A DNA stretch of 64,000 bases from an uncultured Gammaproteobacteria bacterium (GCA_964511375.1 CAZEEW010000006.1:279-64278), one strand, 5' to 3'. Counted from the first letter of the stretch, positions 1 to 11,655 are shown. Program-made: numbers and translations. The notes: generated by a model not told the origin, from the letters alone.

Positions 1-56
1 TGTTGGCTGTGCCCAGATCGATGCCAATCTCTTTTTTAAACTTGTCCCAAAAGCTG

Positions 57-449
57 TTAAACATAACGATTGTTTTTTCTACTACTGAAAATAATTCCTT
101 CGGTTACAACGACGAGGAAAACTAAGATTGCCAAATTCCACCAATTAAACCATTGTTTTTGTAACAGTAACAGCACGGCAATAAAAAACAAGGAAAAAAT
201 GATGCTTTGTCGGAAGGTACGACGAACATGTCGAAAGACGGCCATATCGTCTGAGACCAATTTGCGGTGTAAGAGGAAACCAACAACAGAGAAAGCACCG
301 AGTAAAGTTAAAAACAGACTTACATAAAAAAAGGTAAGACCGATTATGCCAGCCTGGGTTGGGTCAATGGTGAATATGATAAAAAGCCAAGCAATTGCGC
401 AGGCCACTGTACCTAAACTCATGAGTAGTAAATATTGACGTAAAGTCAT
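57..449 (-). CDS. hypothetical integral membrane protein (3-4 predicted TM helices)
   Basis: ORF track; strongly hydrophobic segments; host-like AT-rich codon usage. Confidence 0.4.
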   Translation of the reverse strand: MTLRQYLLLMSLGTVACAIAWLFIIFTIDPTQAGIIGLTFFYVSLFLTLLGAFSVVGFLLHRKLVSDDMAVFRHVRRTFRQSIIFSLFFIAVLLLLQKQWFNWWNLAILVFLVVVTEGIIFSSRKNNRYV

Positions 450-492
450 ATAAGTACACCTATTTTAGCCTAAATTATGGAGTGTGTCAAAA

Positions 493-777
493 TCAAAGTA
501 GGAACTTAATGGTGGTGATTTTTTGTTCAGGTGTGAGCTTATTTAATTCCCTTAAAAGGTGCATTTCGCGAAGCTTTAATTCTTGAGCGACAACTGAACT
601 AAGACAGGCAACGGCGAGAATATGGCCTTTAATATATACTGCCTGGGCCATCTCCGGGTGGTGGTTTAAATACTCCTTTAACAAATCGTTAGCTTTTTCC
701 ACTAATAATGACGCTTGTACTTTTTTAAGTACAGGATTTTTTTTGTGTTGGTTAAAAATACTACCCAGTGATTGCAT
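493..777 (-). CDS. DUF721 (DciA/YaaB-like) small protein
   Basis: Segment YIKGHILAVACLSSVVAQELKL...L matches the conserved IKGG-L-V-V-SS-W-QEL core of DUF721 proteins; start codon is 4 nt downstream of the helicase gene stop (same strand, likely co-transcribed). Confidence 0.5.
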   Translation of the reverse strand: MQSLGSIFNQHKKNPVLKKVQASLLVEKANDLLKEYLNHHPEMAQAVYIKGHILAVACLSSVVAQELKLREMHLLRELNKLTPEQKITTIKFLL

Positions 778-780
778 AGT

Positions 781-3700
781 TTAAAGTCGAAAATCACAAA
801 TTTCTTTAAAATCACAGTAGGCACAGACTTCTTTACTTGGTTTTGGTTCAAAATTATTAGTTCGTATGCTTTCGATCGTTTCCGATATTTTAGTTTTGAC
901 CTTATCTAAATCTTCTGGTTTACCAAGGAAACTTTGTACAGAATTGTCATCGAGATAATAGTAACGCAACTCCCCTACCTCACCCTCGTTTCGAAGTTCT
1001 AGTACACTCTCAGATGCAATTTGGTAGATTAAAAGCTGCTCTTTATCTTCAAAGGTTAATTTTTCTTTTGGTTTGCCGGTTTTGTAGTCAGTTAAAATTA
1101 ACTTACCATCAATTCCGCGATCCAGACGATCGATCTGACCTTTGATTATAGCGCCTCCTAGTTTGAACCGAAAACCAGATTCCAATCCTATGGGTACAGT
1201 CCAGCCGCTTGTTTCACCCAGCCGATAAAACTCTCTTAATATCTCCTCACCTTTTTCATAATACTCTTTCTTCTGTTTAGCCGAATGATACCAATCATCT
1301 TGCCAAGAGGCATAGTAAATATTTAGCAGTTCATCTAGAGCCGGTTTTTTTACCGTGTTTGACGTTATTTCGTTAATTTTTGGCTCGGCAAATAGCGAAT
1401 TTTGTTTCGTACTATTTAATTCTACGATCCGTTCATAAAACTTCTGCAAGGTTAGGTGCATTGTTCTGCCAAAGCTAAACACTCCTTTGCCAAAGGTGGG
1501 TATCTGTAGAACGAACTGAAAACGGTATTGGTAAGGGCATTTGTTATACACTTGCAATTGAGAAAAAGAAAAGCTGTCAGGAACTGGGTAAAAGCCTTGA
1601 TTTTTTGGTTTTTCTGTATCTTGAAATTTTTCTAATAAGTTAGTATAAGCTTTTGGTTCGTCGTGTAATAGCAAACCCGATGTTTCATTTAGTTCTTTAA
1701 GAAAACGAGAAATCTTCTTTTCACGAACACCACCATAGTTTTTAGCGGCAGTTAGGTATAATCCTTTTTTAGCGCGAGTTATGGCTACGTAAAATAGTCG
1801 GCGTTCCTCTTGTAAATGATGATCGCCTGTTGGCAAGGCACTTTCTCGTACTAACTCAACTGGCAATTCTATTGGTTCACCACGGTGGTTGGTAGGAAAT
1901 CTCTGGTCAACTAAGTTAGGTACGAAAACATAAGGGAACTCCAAGCCCTTCGCACCATGGATGGTCATCAGTTTCACGGCGTCTTCACCAGTATTAAGAT
2001 CATCGGTCACCTCGTTGTCTTCACCATATTCCAGAATAAATTCATAATAGTTTAGCCAGGCGTGAACTGTTGACTCAATATTTTCTTCGCTAAACTTTTC
2101 TAAGCGAGAAAATAGCGATTGAAGATGCAAGATATCTCGGTAATGTTCTTCGGCCTGGTTAGATAATAGCTGCAGGTAACCTGATCCGTTCCAAAAGGTG
2201 TACAAGACTTTTGCTGCGGATTCGGTTTTAGATAGTTTTGCACACTTGTCCATTGTTTCCAAGAGTTTGGTCAGTACTTCTCTACCCTCGCTGCTTATGT
2301 CAACATTGCCTTTTTCAGCATCACGAACTATTTCGTACAAGGATGCGGCGCGCTTTCGAGCTTCTTGTAATAGCTTAGACCAGTCTTCGTGGTTAACCTT
2401 GTAAACCGGAGAGTTTAAAACACGGAATAAAGCACTAGATTCGTGGTAGTTGTCGATTAGGCGTAAAAACGCCATGCTATCTAACACCACTTTTTGGCGA
2501 AATAGTCCAGCGGTTGAAAGGAATTCATAGGGAATGTGTTCTTCTAAGAAAACTGGTATAAACTGCTCGGCTTGTTTGTTTGCTCGGCAAAGTATGGCGA
2601 AGTCTTTCCAGTTAAGTTTAAATTCCGTTTTTAATTCCTTAATTTTTTCTATTACTAACCGGGCTTCATCCCCGGCGTTTTGACCATACAGAAATTCCAC
2701 TTCCCCACTCCAAGGCTGCTTGGCTTCCAGCCGTTTATTTATATTTAATTTCGTCTCTAAACGATCTGGATTATTAAGTTGGATAAAATTATGAGCGAAA
2801 TCCAAAATCTTTTGTCCAGAGCGATAGTTCTCGCTCAAAACAATTTCTTTTGCTTTTGGAAAATCATCTTTAAATTGTAAAATATTGGACACTGAAGCAC
2901 CGCGGAATTTATAAATACTTTGATCGTCGTCACCAACTACAGTTAAGAAAGGCTTAGTAATATTTTTTACCAGCAACTTAACCAAAGCATATTGTGCCCA
3001 GTTTGTATCTTGGAACTCATCGACTAGAATGAATTTAAATTTCTCCTGGTATTCTTTTAAAATTTTAGGACGGTCGGAAAAAAGTTTAACGGTATATTGG
3101 ATTAAATCTGCAAAATCTAGTGCACCGTGATCTAACAACAATTGGTTGTATACATGGTAAGCGTTGGCAATTTCTTCAATGCGCTTTGGTTCCAATACCA
3201 AATCCTCTTCTCCACTTTCTTCTACTTTTTTTGTTTTCTTGGCTTTAGTCTTCTTTTCCGTGTAAGTAAGATTATCTGTATTTAATTTTACGCTTTCGGC
3301 GTATTTCAGATAATCTTCTGGGGAAATTAATTCATCCTTGCAACGAGAAAAATGTTTAAGTAAAGCATGAATAAACTTGGTTGGATTACCAAGTGGGCGG
3401 TAATAATCTAAATTGAATTTATCTAAATTTTGACGGACTAAAAGCCAGGTTTCGACTTCGTTTAAAACCTTAAAGTTGTTCGGTAAACCCATGTCTAAAC
3501 CACAGGCTTCAAGAATAGTCTGAGCTAAAGCGTGGAAAGTAGAAACCGTAAGGTCATAGGTGCCAAATTGAACAAGGTTACCTATTCTTTCCTCCATTTC
3601 AGCAGTGGCTTTTTCAGTGAAAGTTACAGCTAATATTTCCTCAGGTTTCGCAATCTTTTCTCGGATTAGATATGCGATCTTTTCACTTAAAACTGTCGTT

Positions 3701-3816
3701 TTACCTGTACCCGCGCCTGCCACAATCAAAAGCGGTCCGTCGTTGTATTTGACAGCTTTCTCCTGGGCTTGGTTTAAACCCTTAGCTTCGAGTTTTAACT
3801 TAGTGAGTTCGGGCAT
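781..3816 (-). CDS. UvrD/PcrA-type superfamily 1 helicase fused to a C-terminal PD-(D/E)XK Cas4/AddB-type nuclease domain
   Basis: N-terminal Walker A AGAGTGKT (UvrD motif I), helicase motifs through mid-protein; C-terminus CAYCDFKEICDF is the Cys cluster typical of RecB-family/Cas4 iron-sulfur nucleases. Confidence 0.75.
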   Translation of the reverse strand: MPELTKLKLEAKGLNQAQEKAVKYNDGPLLIVAGAGTGKTTVLSEKIAYLIREKIAKPEEILAVTFTEKATAEMEERIGNLVQFGTYDLTVSTFHALAQTILEACGLDMGLPNNFKVLNEVETWLLVRQNLDKFNLDYYRPLGNPTKFIHALLKHFSRCKDELISPEDYLKYAESVKLNTDNLTYTEKKTKAKKTKKVEESGEEDLVLEPKRIEEIANAYHVYNQLLLDHGALDFADLIQYTVKLFSDRPKILKEYQEKFKFILVDEFQDTNWAQYALVKLLVKNITKPFLTVVGDDDQSIYKFRGASVSNILQFKDDFPKAKEIVLSENYRSGQKILDFAHNFIQLNNPDRLETKLNINKRLEAKQPWSGEVEFLYGQNAGDEARLVIEKIKELKTEFKLNWKDFAILCRANKQAEQFIPVFLEEHIPYEFLSTAGLFRQKVVLDSMAFLRLIDNYHESSALFRVLNSPVYKVNHEDWSKLLQEARKRAASLYEIVRDAEKGNVDISSEGREVLTKLLETMDKCAKLSKTESAAKVLYTFWNGSGYLQLLSNQAEEHYRDILHLQSLFSRLEKFSEENIESTVHAWLNYYEFILEYGEDNEVTDDLNTGEDAVKLMTIHGAKGLEFPYVFVPNLVDQRFPTNHRGEPIELPVELVRESALPTGDHHLQEERRLFYVAITRAKKGLYLTAAKNYGGVREKKISRFLKELNETSGLLLHDEPKAYTNLLEKFQDTEKPKNQGFYPVPDSFSFSQLQVYNKCPYQYRFQFVLQIPTFGKGVFSFGRTMHLTLQKFYERIVELNSTKQNSLFAEPKINEITSNTVKKPALDELLNIYYASWQDDWYHSAKQKKEYYEKGEEILREFYRLGETSGWTVPIGLESGFRFKLGGAIIKGQIDRLDRGIDGKLILTDYKTGKPKEKLTFEDKEQLLIYQIASESVLELRNEGEVGELRYYYLDDNSVQSFLGKPEDLDKVKTKISETIESIRTNNFEPKPSKEVCAYCDFKEICDFRL

Positions 3817-3834
3817 AGATTAGCTAAGCTTGTC

Positions 3835-4365
3835 TTATTCAATAGTTTTATACTTATTTAGCCAGTTTGATACTTCTGAAAAAATCTTATCATTAAATTC
3901 GGCTGGTTTGTATTTTATAATAGCATCGGCAATTCTCACACAATGTTCTAATCCTTCGGCATTGTTTTGACTCGAGTACCATTTGAAACTGTCTATAATA
4001 TCTGCTGCCTTTATTATTAAAGCCTCTACGCCGCCGTTTATACATCGTTGGACAAGGGCATTAGCTTTTTCATATTTATCTTTAATAGAATCATCTTTGG
4101 TAGTTGATAGAACTAAATTTAGTATAGTATCCCCAAACTCTTTTCCCAATAATTCCTCGTTTGCTTTTGACCATTCAATTGTATCGTGTAATAACCCTCC
4201 TAAAACAATGTCCTCAGAATATCCTTGCTCATATAAATAGACCCCAACTCGTATATCATGGAACAGGACCGGTTTTCGACTAAGTTCAGTGGATTCTGGA
4301 AAATATTTTACTAAAAAGCGTATTCCCTGCTCGAATTTTAGATTTATATTAAAGACTGAATTCAT
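3835..4365 (-). CDS. HD-domain phosphohydrolase
   Basis: H...HD...D motif set (FHDIRVGVY ... LLHDTIE). Confidence 0.55.
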   Translation of the reverse strand: MNSVFNINLKFEQGIRFLVKYFPESTELSRKPVLFHDIRVGVYLYEQGYSEDIVLGGLLHDTIEWSKANEELLGKEFGDTILNLVLSTTKDDSIKDKYEKANALVQRCINGGVEALIIKAADIIDSFKWYSSQNNAEGLEHCVRIADAIIKYKPAEFNDKIFSEVSNWLNKYKTIE

Positions 4366-4369
4366 ATTG

Positions 4370-5116
4370 TCATTCTTTCCTAGGAATAAGTATCTTATGC
4401 TTTTCTTGCCCAGATGCCACGATCAAAGCGTGAAATTCCTGGTAAAATGTAGTTAAATTAGGTGTTCTAATTATTTGTTTGTTTTTAGTAAAAAATTCTC
4501 TAGTTAAACGTTTTTCAAAATACTCTTTGTATTCATCATATTTCTTACACTCTATCCCGTATATTTTACACATTCGTCTGGTATATTCATCTATCATGAA
4601 AACTGGGAGGTTTAAGGCGTAGAGCATTATTGAATCGGCAGTTTCATGTCCTATTCCCCAAAGAGATAACAGTTCTTCGCGCAAATCGGGAATGGAATTA
4701 ACCTTTAGACTATTGACACTACCCTGGTAGTGATCTGTTAAATGTTTGGCTAATGTTTTGACTTTTCTGGCTTTTTGTCGAAAATATCCAGCTGGGTATA
4801 TCAGTTTCTCTAGCTCCTTATCCTCGAGCTTTAAAATTCTTTGCGGTGTTAAGGCCTTTGCCTGGTACAAGTTAATGATTGCTTTAGCGACATTAGTCCA
4901 GGCAGCGCTTTGTGCTAAGATGGCGCCAATTGCTATTTCAAAGTACGGATCGCGGTAATTACTTTTGTGTTTAGCTAGAGACTTGTAACTTCCGCCATAG
5001 GTTAAACCATGACGAAGTGATTTACTTTCTTTCTCTGTTTCTTTGATAAATATTGGCCACCAGCCTTGAGGAGCGTATTTATCGCGTAAAGTGGTGTAAA
5101 TTTTAAGTAGGTTCAT
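4370..5116 (-). CDS. HhH-GPD superfamily DNA glycosylase (endonuclease III-like)
   Basis: Helix-hairpin-helix motif LWGIGHETADSIMLYAL followed by the catalytic Asp region; size and layout of Nth/MagIII-like base-excision enzymes. Confidence 0.6.
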   Translation of the reverse strand: MNLLKIYTTLRDKYAPQGWWPIFIKETEKESKSLRHGLTYGGSYKSLAKHKSNYRDPYFEIAIGAILAQSAAWTNVAKAIINLYQAKALTPQRILKLEDKELEKLIYPAGYFRQKARKVKTLAKHLTDHYQGSVNSLKVNSIPDLREELLSLWGIGHETADSIMLYALNLPVFMIDEYTRRMCKIYGIECKKYDEYKEYFEKRLTREFFTKNKQIIRTPNLTTFYQEFHALIVASGQEKHKILIPRKE

Positions 5117-5173
5117 ATGAACGATAAAAATATACGCCCACTTCGTTCTAAAGGAGCTAAACTAACTATTTCT

Positions 5174-5302
5174 CCTATTTTTCATCACAACCACATCCGC
5201 AGCCAGAACCACAATCGCAGCAATGATAGCAAACGCTAGCATTGCAGGCGCAACTCTCTTCCTCCTTTTCCAAAGGCATTTGGCACTTTGTGCAGCTGTC
5301 CA
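5174..5302 (-). CDS. 42-aa cysteine-rich peptide MDSCTKCQMPLEKEEESCACNASVCYHCCDCGSGCGCGCDEK (metallothionein-like; 11 Cys)
   Basis: Hand translation of the minus strand; ATG to TAG uninterrupted; below the 60-aa cutoff of the ORF track; CxC/CC/CGC spacing as in metal-thiolate cluster peptides. Confidence 0.4.
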
Positions 5303-5390
5303 TAGAGACGGGTATTAACGAGGCTTATCGCCTTCTTACCGGTGTATTTTACCAGATCTGACCATATCACGGCAATGGGGAGAAGGCGGC

Positions 5391-5419
5391 TTGTTTTTAG
5401 CGGTAAGGAGGGGTATAAT
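5391..5419 (+). promoter_or_regulatory. putative sigma70 promoter TTGTTT-17-TATAAT upstream of the 5528 plus-strand gene; overlaps a 16-codon uORF (MVRKESGSLIILCLLS) with AAGGAGG RBS
   Basis: Perfect -10 hexamer with 17-nt spacer; the AAGGAGG/ATG arrangement could instead be a leader peptide. Confidence 0.3.
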
Positions 5420-5527
5420 GGTTAGAAAAGAGTCGGGCTCCTTGATTATTTTATGTTTGTTATCGTAAATTCATGTTCTCTGTTGTTTAAAGACCTACTC
5501 TTTCGTTATTAAGTTTATAAAAACTCT

Positions 5528-5968
5528 ATGTTTTTTGATATTATAACAACAGTAATATTTTACCTTATTTTAATGTTTCTAAGCGTAAATTTGTTAGGTT
5601 TATTTGTGAGAGGTTTTGTTGTTAATCCAGAATTAGAGAAATTGGAAAGCGAAACTAAATGTAACCCTCTTAAAAAAGAAATTAAGAAACTTAAACGTTC
5701 CGATCAGCTTATAAATTTCACCGCATTTTTAAGTATCTTTGGTTATCTATATAGCACATTCCACTTTTGGAATTTTGGCGTTACTGCCATTGCTATAATA
5801 TTAATGCTAATAAGACTTCCAGATTTACTTTGGGAGATAAAAACACGACAGGAATATAGTCGAATCACTTCGACCTTGTCTATACCAAGGAATCTATTAA
5901 GTTACATCACTTCTTTTTTTACCTTTTTATTAATCCCAGTATTATATTTTTTCTTGTATCGTTTCTAG
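5528..5968 (+). CDS. hypothetical membrane protein
   Basis: ORF track; 4 hydrophobic helices; no recognised motif. Confidence 0.4.
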   Translation: MFFDIITTVIFYLILMFLSVNLLGLFVRGFVVNPELEKLESETKCNPLKKEIKKLKRSDQLINFTAFLSIFGYLYSTFHFWNFGVTAIAIILMLIRLPDLLWEIKTRQEYSRITSTLSIPRNLLSYITSFFTFLLIPVLYFFLYRF

Positions 5969-6054
5969 TTCGTGAATCTAAGCTATCTGGGTAATTTAAT
6001 ACTTTGCCTGCCGAACAATTGTGATGATTCCTTGATTAAAATTATTGCCATTTT

Positions 6055-6483
6055 ATGACAACACAAATATTAAAGGAAGTAATAGATAAAGTTTTGTCCT
6101 CAAGACGTGTTATGCCTGCCCATTTCACTACTTTTAATAATCGCAAACAGACATTTTTAGTCGATTTTGAGCAAATGGATCCTGATGATGAGTATGAAAT
6201 GGCAAGTCAGGCTTGGAATAATTTGCCCGGAATATTTTCCGAAAGAGACTCTCATATTTGTCTAAAAATTGGCGAGGATATGATGTTGGCCTCTTTTATT
6301 GCCACCAAACTTGGTCATGTGGAACTAGTTGATGATTTGAAGAAACAGCTTACATTTATTAACATCGGTCGTTTATCCTTTTATTTACAGCCTGTGATAA
6401 AGAAAATTGTTAATAATAAAAAAATGATTGATTATTTTAATTACTGTCTACGTTTTGGAATTGAGAGAGCAAGTATAAAATAA
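6055..6483 (+). CDS. hypothetical protein
   Basis: ORF track; no recognised motif. Confidence 0.35.
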   Translation: MTTQILKEVIDKVLSSRRVMPAHFTTFNNRKQTFLVDFEQMDPDDEYEMASQAWNNLPGIFSERDSHICLKIGEDMMLASFIATKLGHVELVDDLKKQLTFINIGRLSFYLQPVIKKIVNNKKMIDYFNYCLRFGIERASIK

Positions 6484-6628
6484 GACTGTAAATTTTTAAT
6501 ATATATGGAAAAAATAGTTGAGGTAGGTACCGAAATTGTGTTGGCGTTATTTTTGCCAGGTCAAAGATGATTCAAAGCCAATATTTCAAAAATCCCGGCT
6601 CATCACCGGGATTTTGTTTTGTCTTGTT

Positions 6629-7066
6629 TTAAGTGGGATTTTGTTTTATATTCTTGTACTTCTTCCCTATCTTCAAACGGTTCATTTCACGGTCGATCTT
6701 GGCTTGCAATCTGGCGAAGTCGACATCTTGAACATTTTTAATATTCTTCATTTGTTCTTCGGCGGTTTTTCTAGCTTTTTCAGCACGTTCAAGGTCGATT
6801 TCCTCCACTCGTTCCGCATGGTCAGCTAAGACCACTAGTTCATTGTTGCCTCTTACTTCCAAGAAACCACCAGCAATGGCAATAACATGTTCGCCATTAG
6901 TATCTTTGATCTTTAATTCACCGGCTTGGATAATGGAAACCAAAGGAATGTGGTTTGGTAGAACCGTAATCTGACCGGTGGTAGTCGGAATAGTTACTTG
7001 GTCTATTTCATTGTTTTCGTATACAACTCGCTCCGGAGTGGCAATACGAAATTTTAATTTAGCCAT
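6629..7066 (-). CDS. atpC: F0F1 ATP synthase epsilon subunit
   Basis: N-terminal beta-sandwich signature MAKLKFRIATPERVVYE..., position directly downstream of atpD. Confidence 0.85.
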   Translation of the reverse strand: MAKLKFRIATPERVVYENNEIDQVTIPTTTGQITVLPNHIPLVSIIQAGELKIKDTNGEHVIAIAGGFLEVRGNNELVVLADHAERVEEIDLERAEKARKTAEEQMKNIKNVQDVDFARLQAKIDREMNRLKIGKKYKNIKQNPT

Positions 7067-7082
7067 AATATATCTTAAATAT

Positions 7083-8465
<1,383 letters not shown>

Positions 8466-8498
8466 TTAAGCAATTAATTTCGTTATTTTTAAATGTAA

Positions 8499-9449
8499 TT
8501 AGTTTAAGGCAGCAGCACCACTGGCAATCTCGGCAATCTCTTGCGTAATACCGGCTTGGCGTGCTTTGTTATAATTTAAATTAAGTTCAGTGATCATTTC
8601 CTCGGCTGAATCGCTGGCATTACGCATAGCCATCATTCGGGCGCTATGTTCGCTGGCGGTAGATTCTAGAATAGCTTGGTAAATTTGAGTTTCTACGAGG
8701 CGAGGTAAAATAATTTTGAGTACCTCTTCTTCACCTGGCTCAAACAAGTAATCTTCAAGATCAATTATTGTTTCTGGTTTGCCTTCGCTGTGATCGCCAA
8801 TGTCGGTAATCATTTTTTCTAAATCATGTTCAGAAATTGGTAAAACCTGACGCAACTTGGCAATTTGGGCAATAGCAGATTTGTAGTCAGTGTAAGCCAC
8901 TACTACTTTGTCATATTTTTTAGCTTCATATTCTTCTACCACCAACCTGCTAATCGGGGTAATGTCGTCTAGACCAGGTGTATCTGGAAAATCTGTAAAG
9001 GCGGCAATAAGATTATAGCCCATTTTTTTAGCAAATTCTGCGCCCTTTTTTCCTACACCAATTACATCTATAGCCACGTTTTCATTTGGTTCAACAATTT
9101 TATTTTTTACACGTTGTCGACTAATATTTTTAGGATCTTTTAATTGTTCAGCCGTGCGACGGATAATATTGGCATTAAAACTTCCGCACAAACCACGATT
9201 AGAAGTAACTAGAATTAAAAGTAGTTTATTTACTGGTCGAACTTCGAGTAGGGGCAATTTGCCTTTTTCGAGGTCGGATAAGTGCACCAAAAGATCCCAA
9301 GCCATGGTAGCGTAAGTTCGGGTATTCAAAGCCGCACCAACTGCTTTGCGCATTTTGGCAGCTGAGACCATTTCCATGGCTTTGGTAATTTTTTTAGTGT
9401 TGCCGACCGAACGGATGCGGCGTTTGATGGCTTTGGTATTTACGGCCAT
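8499..9449 (-). CDS. atpG: F0F1 ATP synthase gamma subunit
   Basis: Conserved N- and C-terminal coiled-coil helices (MAVNTKAIKRRIRSV ... ITQEIAEIASGAAAL). Confidence 0.85.
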   Translation of the reverse strand: MAVNTKAIKRRIRSVGNTKKITKAMEMVSAAKMRKAVGAALNTRTYATMAWDLLVHLSDLEKGKLPLLEVRPVNKLLLILVTSNRGLCGSFNANIIRRTAEQLKDPKNISRQRVKNKIVEPNENVAIDVIGVGKKGAEFAKKMGYNLIAAFTDFPDTPGLDDITPISRLVVEEYEAKKYDKVVVAYTDYKSAIAQIAKLRQVLPISEHDLEKMITDIGDHSEGKPETIIDLEDYLFEPGEEEVLKIILPRLVETQIYQAILESTASEHSARMMAMRNASDSAEEMITELNLNYNKARQAGITQEIAEIASGAAALN

Positions 9450-9456
9450 AAAATTA

Positions 9457-9744
9457 TTAATCTAAATAACCCCACGCAAAAGGATTTGTATCACTGATAC
9501 TTTTAATTTTACCACCTTTTATCAATGCCGGGATGACCTGACCATCACCGTATTTTCTACAAAGTTCTTCGACTGCATCTCCGATACTGTACAACACGTG
9601 TCCCCTCTCTCTGTTATCTGGATTAGGTATTCTTTTGTCAAGATTGCTTTGAACAAGTTTATCAAATTCATTCAAAAATTCACTTTCTGGCGGAAGCTCG
9701 TGAGTATAGTTAGGAATAGGTCTATCACCAGTTTTTATTGTCAT
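9457..9744 (-). CDS. hypothetical 95-aa protein inserted between atpA and atpG
   Basis: ORF track; tight spacing inside the atp operon on the same strand; no recognised motif. Confidence 0.45.
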   Translation of the reverse strand: MTIKTGDRPIPNYTHELPPESEFLNEFDKLVQSNLDKRIPNPDNRERGHVLYSIGDAVEELCRKYGDGQVIPALIKGGKIKSISDTNPFAWGYLD

Positions 9745-9764
9745 ACTTTATGTTTAAAAATATA

Positions 9765-11255
9765 TTATTGTTTCTTAAATTCCTCAATGGCACTACGTAA
9801 TTCCTTCTCAACATTCTCATCCCACTCGCCTTTTTCAAGTCTGCCTAATAAATCTTTTTTAGTAGTGTTAAAGAAAGCGTGTAGTTTCTCTTCCCATTCG
9901 CGAATCGCAGAAACTTGAATGTCATTGGCTAAACCATTAGTTACAGCATAGATAATGGCGATTTGGTTTCCCACTGGCATTGGTTCGAATTGTGGTTGCT
10001 TTAACACCTCAACTAATCTTTGGCCAAGATCGATTTGTCGTTTGGTGTCTGGGTCTAAGTCGCTCGCAAATTGAGCGAAAGCTTCTAACTCGCGGAACTG
10101 TGCCATGGAGAGTTTTAATTTACCAGCAACTTTTTTCATTGGCTTAATCTGGGCATCACCACCAACACGAGAAACCGAAATACCAATGTTTAAAGCCGGA
10201 CGAATACCGCGATAGAAAAGATCAGTTTCCAGGAAGATCTGACCGTCGGTAATGGAGATTACGTTAGTTGGAATGTAAGCAGTGACGTCACCAGCCTGGG
10301 TTTCAATTATAGGCAAAGCGGTAATTGATCCCCCACCAGCTTCCTTATTGCGGCGGCAAGCCCGCTCTAATAAACGTGAGTGTAAGTAGAAAACATCACC
10401 TGGGTAAGCCTCACGACCTGGTGGACGGCGGAGTAATAAGGAAATTTCGCGGTAAGCCCAAGCTTGTTTAGAAAGATCATCATAAACACAGAGTACATCT
10501 TTACCTTGGTCCATGAAGTATTCAGCCATCGCAACACCAGCATAAGGAGCGATATAGGACAATGAAGCTGGGTCAGAAGCACCAGCAACAACCACGATGG
10601 TATAGTCCATGGCGCCAGTTTCGCGCAACTTACTGACGATTCTCGCAATTTTAGATTCTTTTTGACCAATCGCTACATAGACACAGATCATGTCTTTGCC
10701 TTTTTGGTTAATAATGGTATCGATAGCGATAGCAGTCTTACCAGTCTGGCGGTCGCCAATGATAAGCTCTCTCTGACCACGACCAATTGGGATCATGGCA
10801 TCAATGGCTTTAATACCAGTCTGCACTGGCTGGTTAACACGTTCACGGGTCATAACACCTGGAGCAATCTTTTCAATAGGATAGAACTTTTTGGTTTTTA
10901 AATCTGCCCCGCCATCAACTGGTTGACCAAGTGGATTAACAACGCGACCGATTAATTCTTCACCAACTGGTACAGACAAAATGCGGCCGGTTCTTTTAAC
11001 AGTATCCCCTTCTTTGATGTGAGCATATTCACCAAGTAATACCGCACCAACAGTTTCTTCTTCGAGGTTTAAGGCTACGCCGTATACTCCGCCAGGAAAT
11101 TCCAACATTTCGCTGGCCTGACATTCAGATAGACCAGTCAAACGGGCAATACCATCGCCGACTTCAGCAACCTGACCAATCTCTTCAACTTCAACCTGCT
11201 TTTCAAAGGTGGAAATATTTTTTCTTAATTCTTCAACAATGCGATTAATAGACAT
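9765..11255 (-). CDS. atpA: F0F1 ATP synthase alpha subunit
   Basis: Walker A GDRQTGKT, full-length similarity to AtpA. Confidence 0.95.
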   Translation of the reverse strand: MSINRIVEELRKNISTFEKQVEVEEIGQVAEVGDGIARLTGLSECQASEMLEFPGGVYGVALNLEEETVGAVLLGEYAHIKEGDTVKRTGRILSVPVGEELIGRVVNPLGQPVDGGADLKTKKFYPIEKIAPGVMTRERVNQPVQTGIKAIDAMIPIGRGQRELIIGDRQTGKTAIAIDTIINQKGKDMICVYVAIGQKESKIARIVSKLRETGAMDYTIVVVAGASDPASLSYIAPYAGVAMAEYFMDQGKDVLCVYDDLSKQAWAYREISLLLRRPPGREAYPGDVFYLHSRLLERACRRNKEAGGGSITALPIIETQAGDVTAYIPTNVISITDGQIFLETDLFYRGIRPALNIGISVSRVGGDAQIKPMKKVAGKLKLSMAQFRELEAFAQFASDLDPDTKRQIDLGQRLVEVLKQPQFEPMPVGNQIAIIYAVTNGLANDIQVSAIREWEEKLHAFFNTTKKDLLGRLEKGEWDENVEKELRSAIEEFKKQ

Positions 11256-11265
11256 ACATTTAAGA

Positions 11266-11655
11266 TTATTTCTCTAAGGATTTTTTTAATGAATTAAGTT
11301 GTGTTTTCAAACTGGCGTCAAGTATTTTATCTTCTGTTTTAATTATTATTCCACCCAAAATGGATTTATCTACCACTTCAGTCATTTCGGCTTTATCTTT
11401 CCATAATGCGGAAATTTGTGCACTAACTTTTTTATTCAAAGGATGAACAGTGGTAACTTGCAGGCTTACAATACCGTCTTTTTTCTTAGCGTAAGCTTCA
11501 AATTCAGAAATGATTCGTTCAGCTTGATTTAAGCGACCTTCTTTGGTCAGGAGTTTTACGAATTCATTAAGTACAGCTTGGAGATTTTTACCTTCCATGT
11601 TTTCAGTTGCTTCGTAAAGCGCAATTGCAAGTTCTTTAACTCGGCTGCGTTTCAT
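11266..11655 (-). CDS. atpH: F0F1 ATP synthase delta subunit (short form)
   Basis: Position between atpF and atpA; OSCP-like C-terminal region. Confidence 0.65.
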   Translation of the reverse strand: MKRSRVKELAIALYEATENMEGKNLQAVLNEFVKLLTKEGRLNQAERIISEFEAYAKKKDGIVSLQVTTVHPLNKKVSAQISALWKDKAEMTEVVDKSILGGIIIKTEDKILDASLKTQLNSLKKSLEK

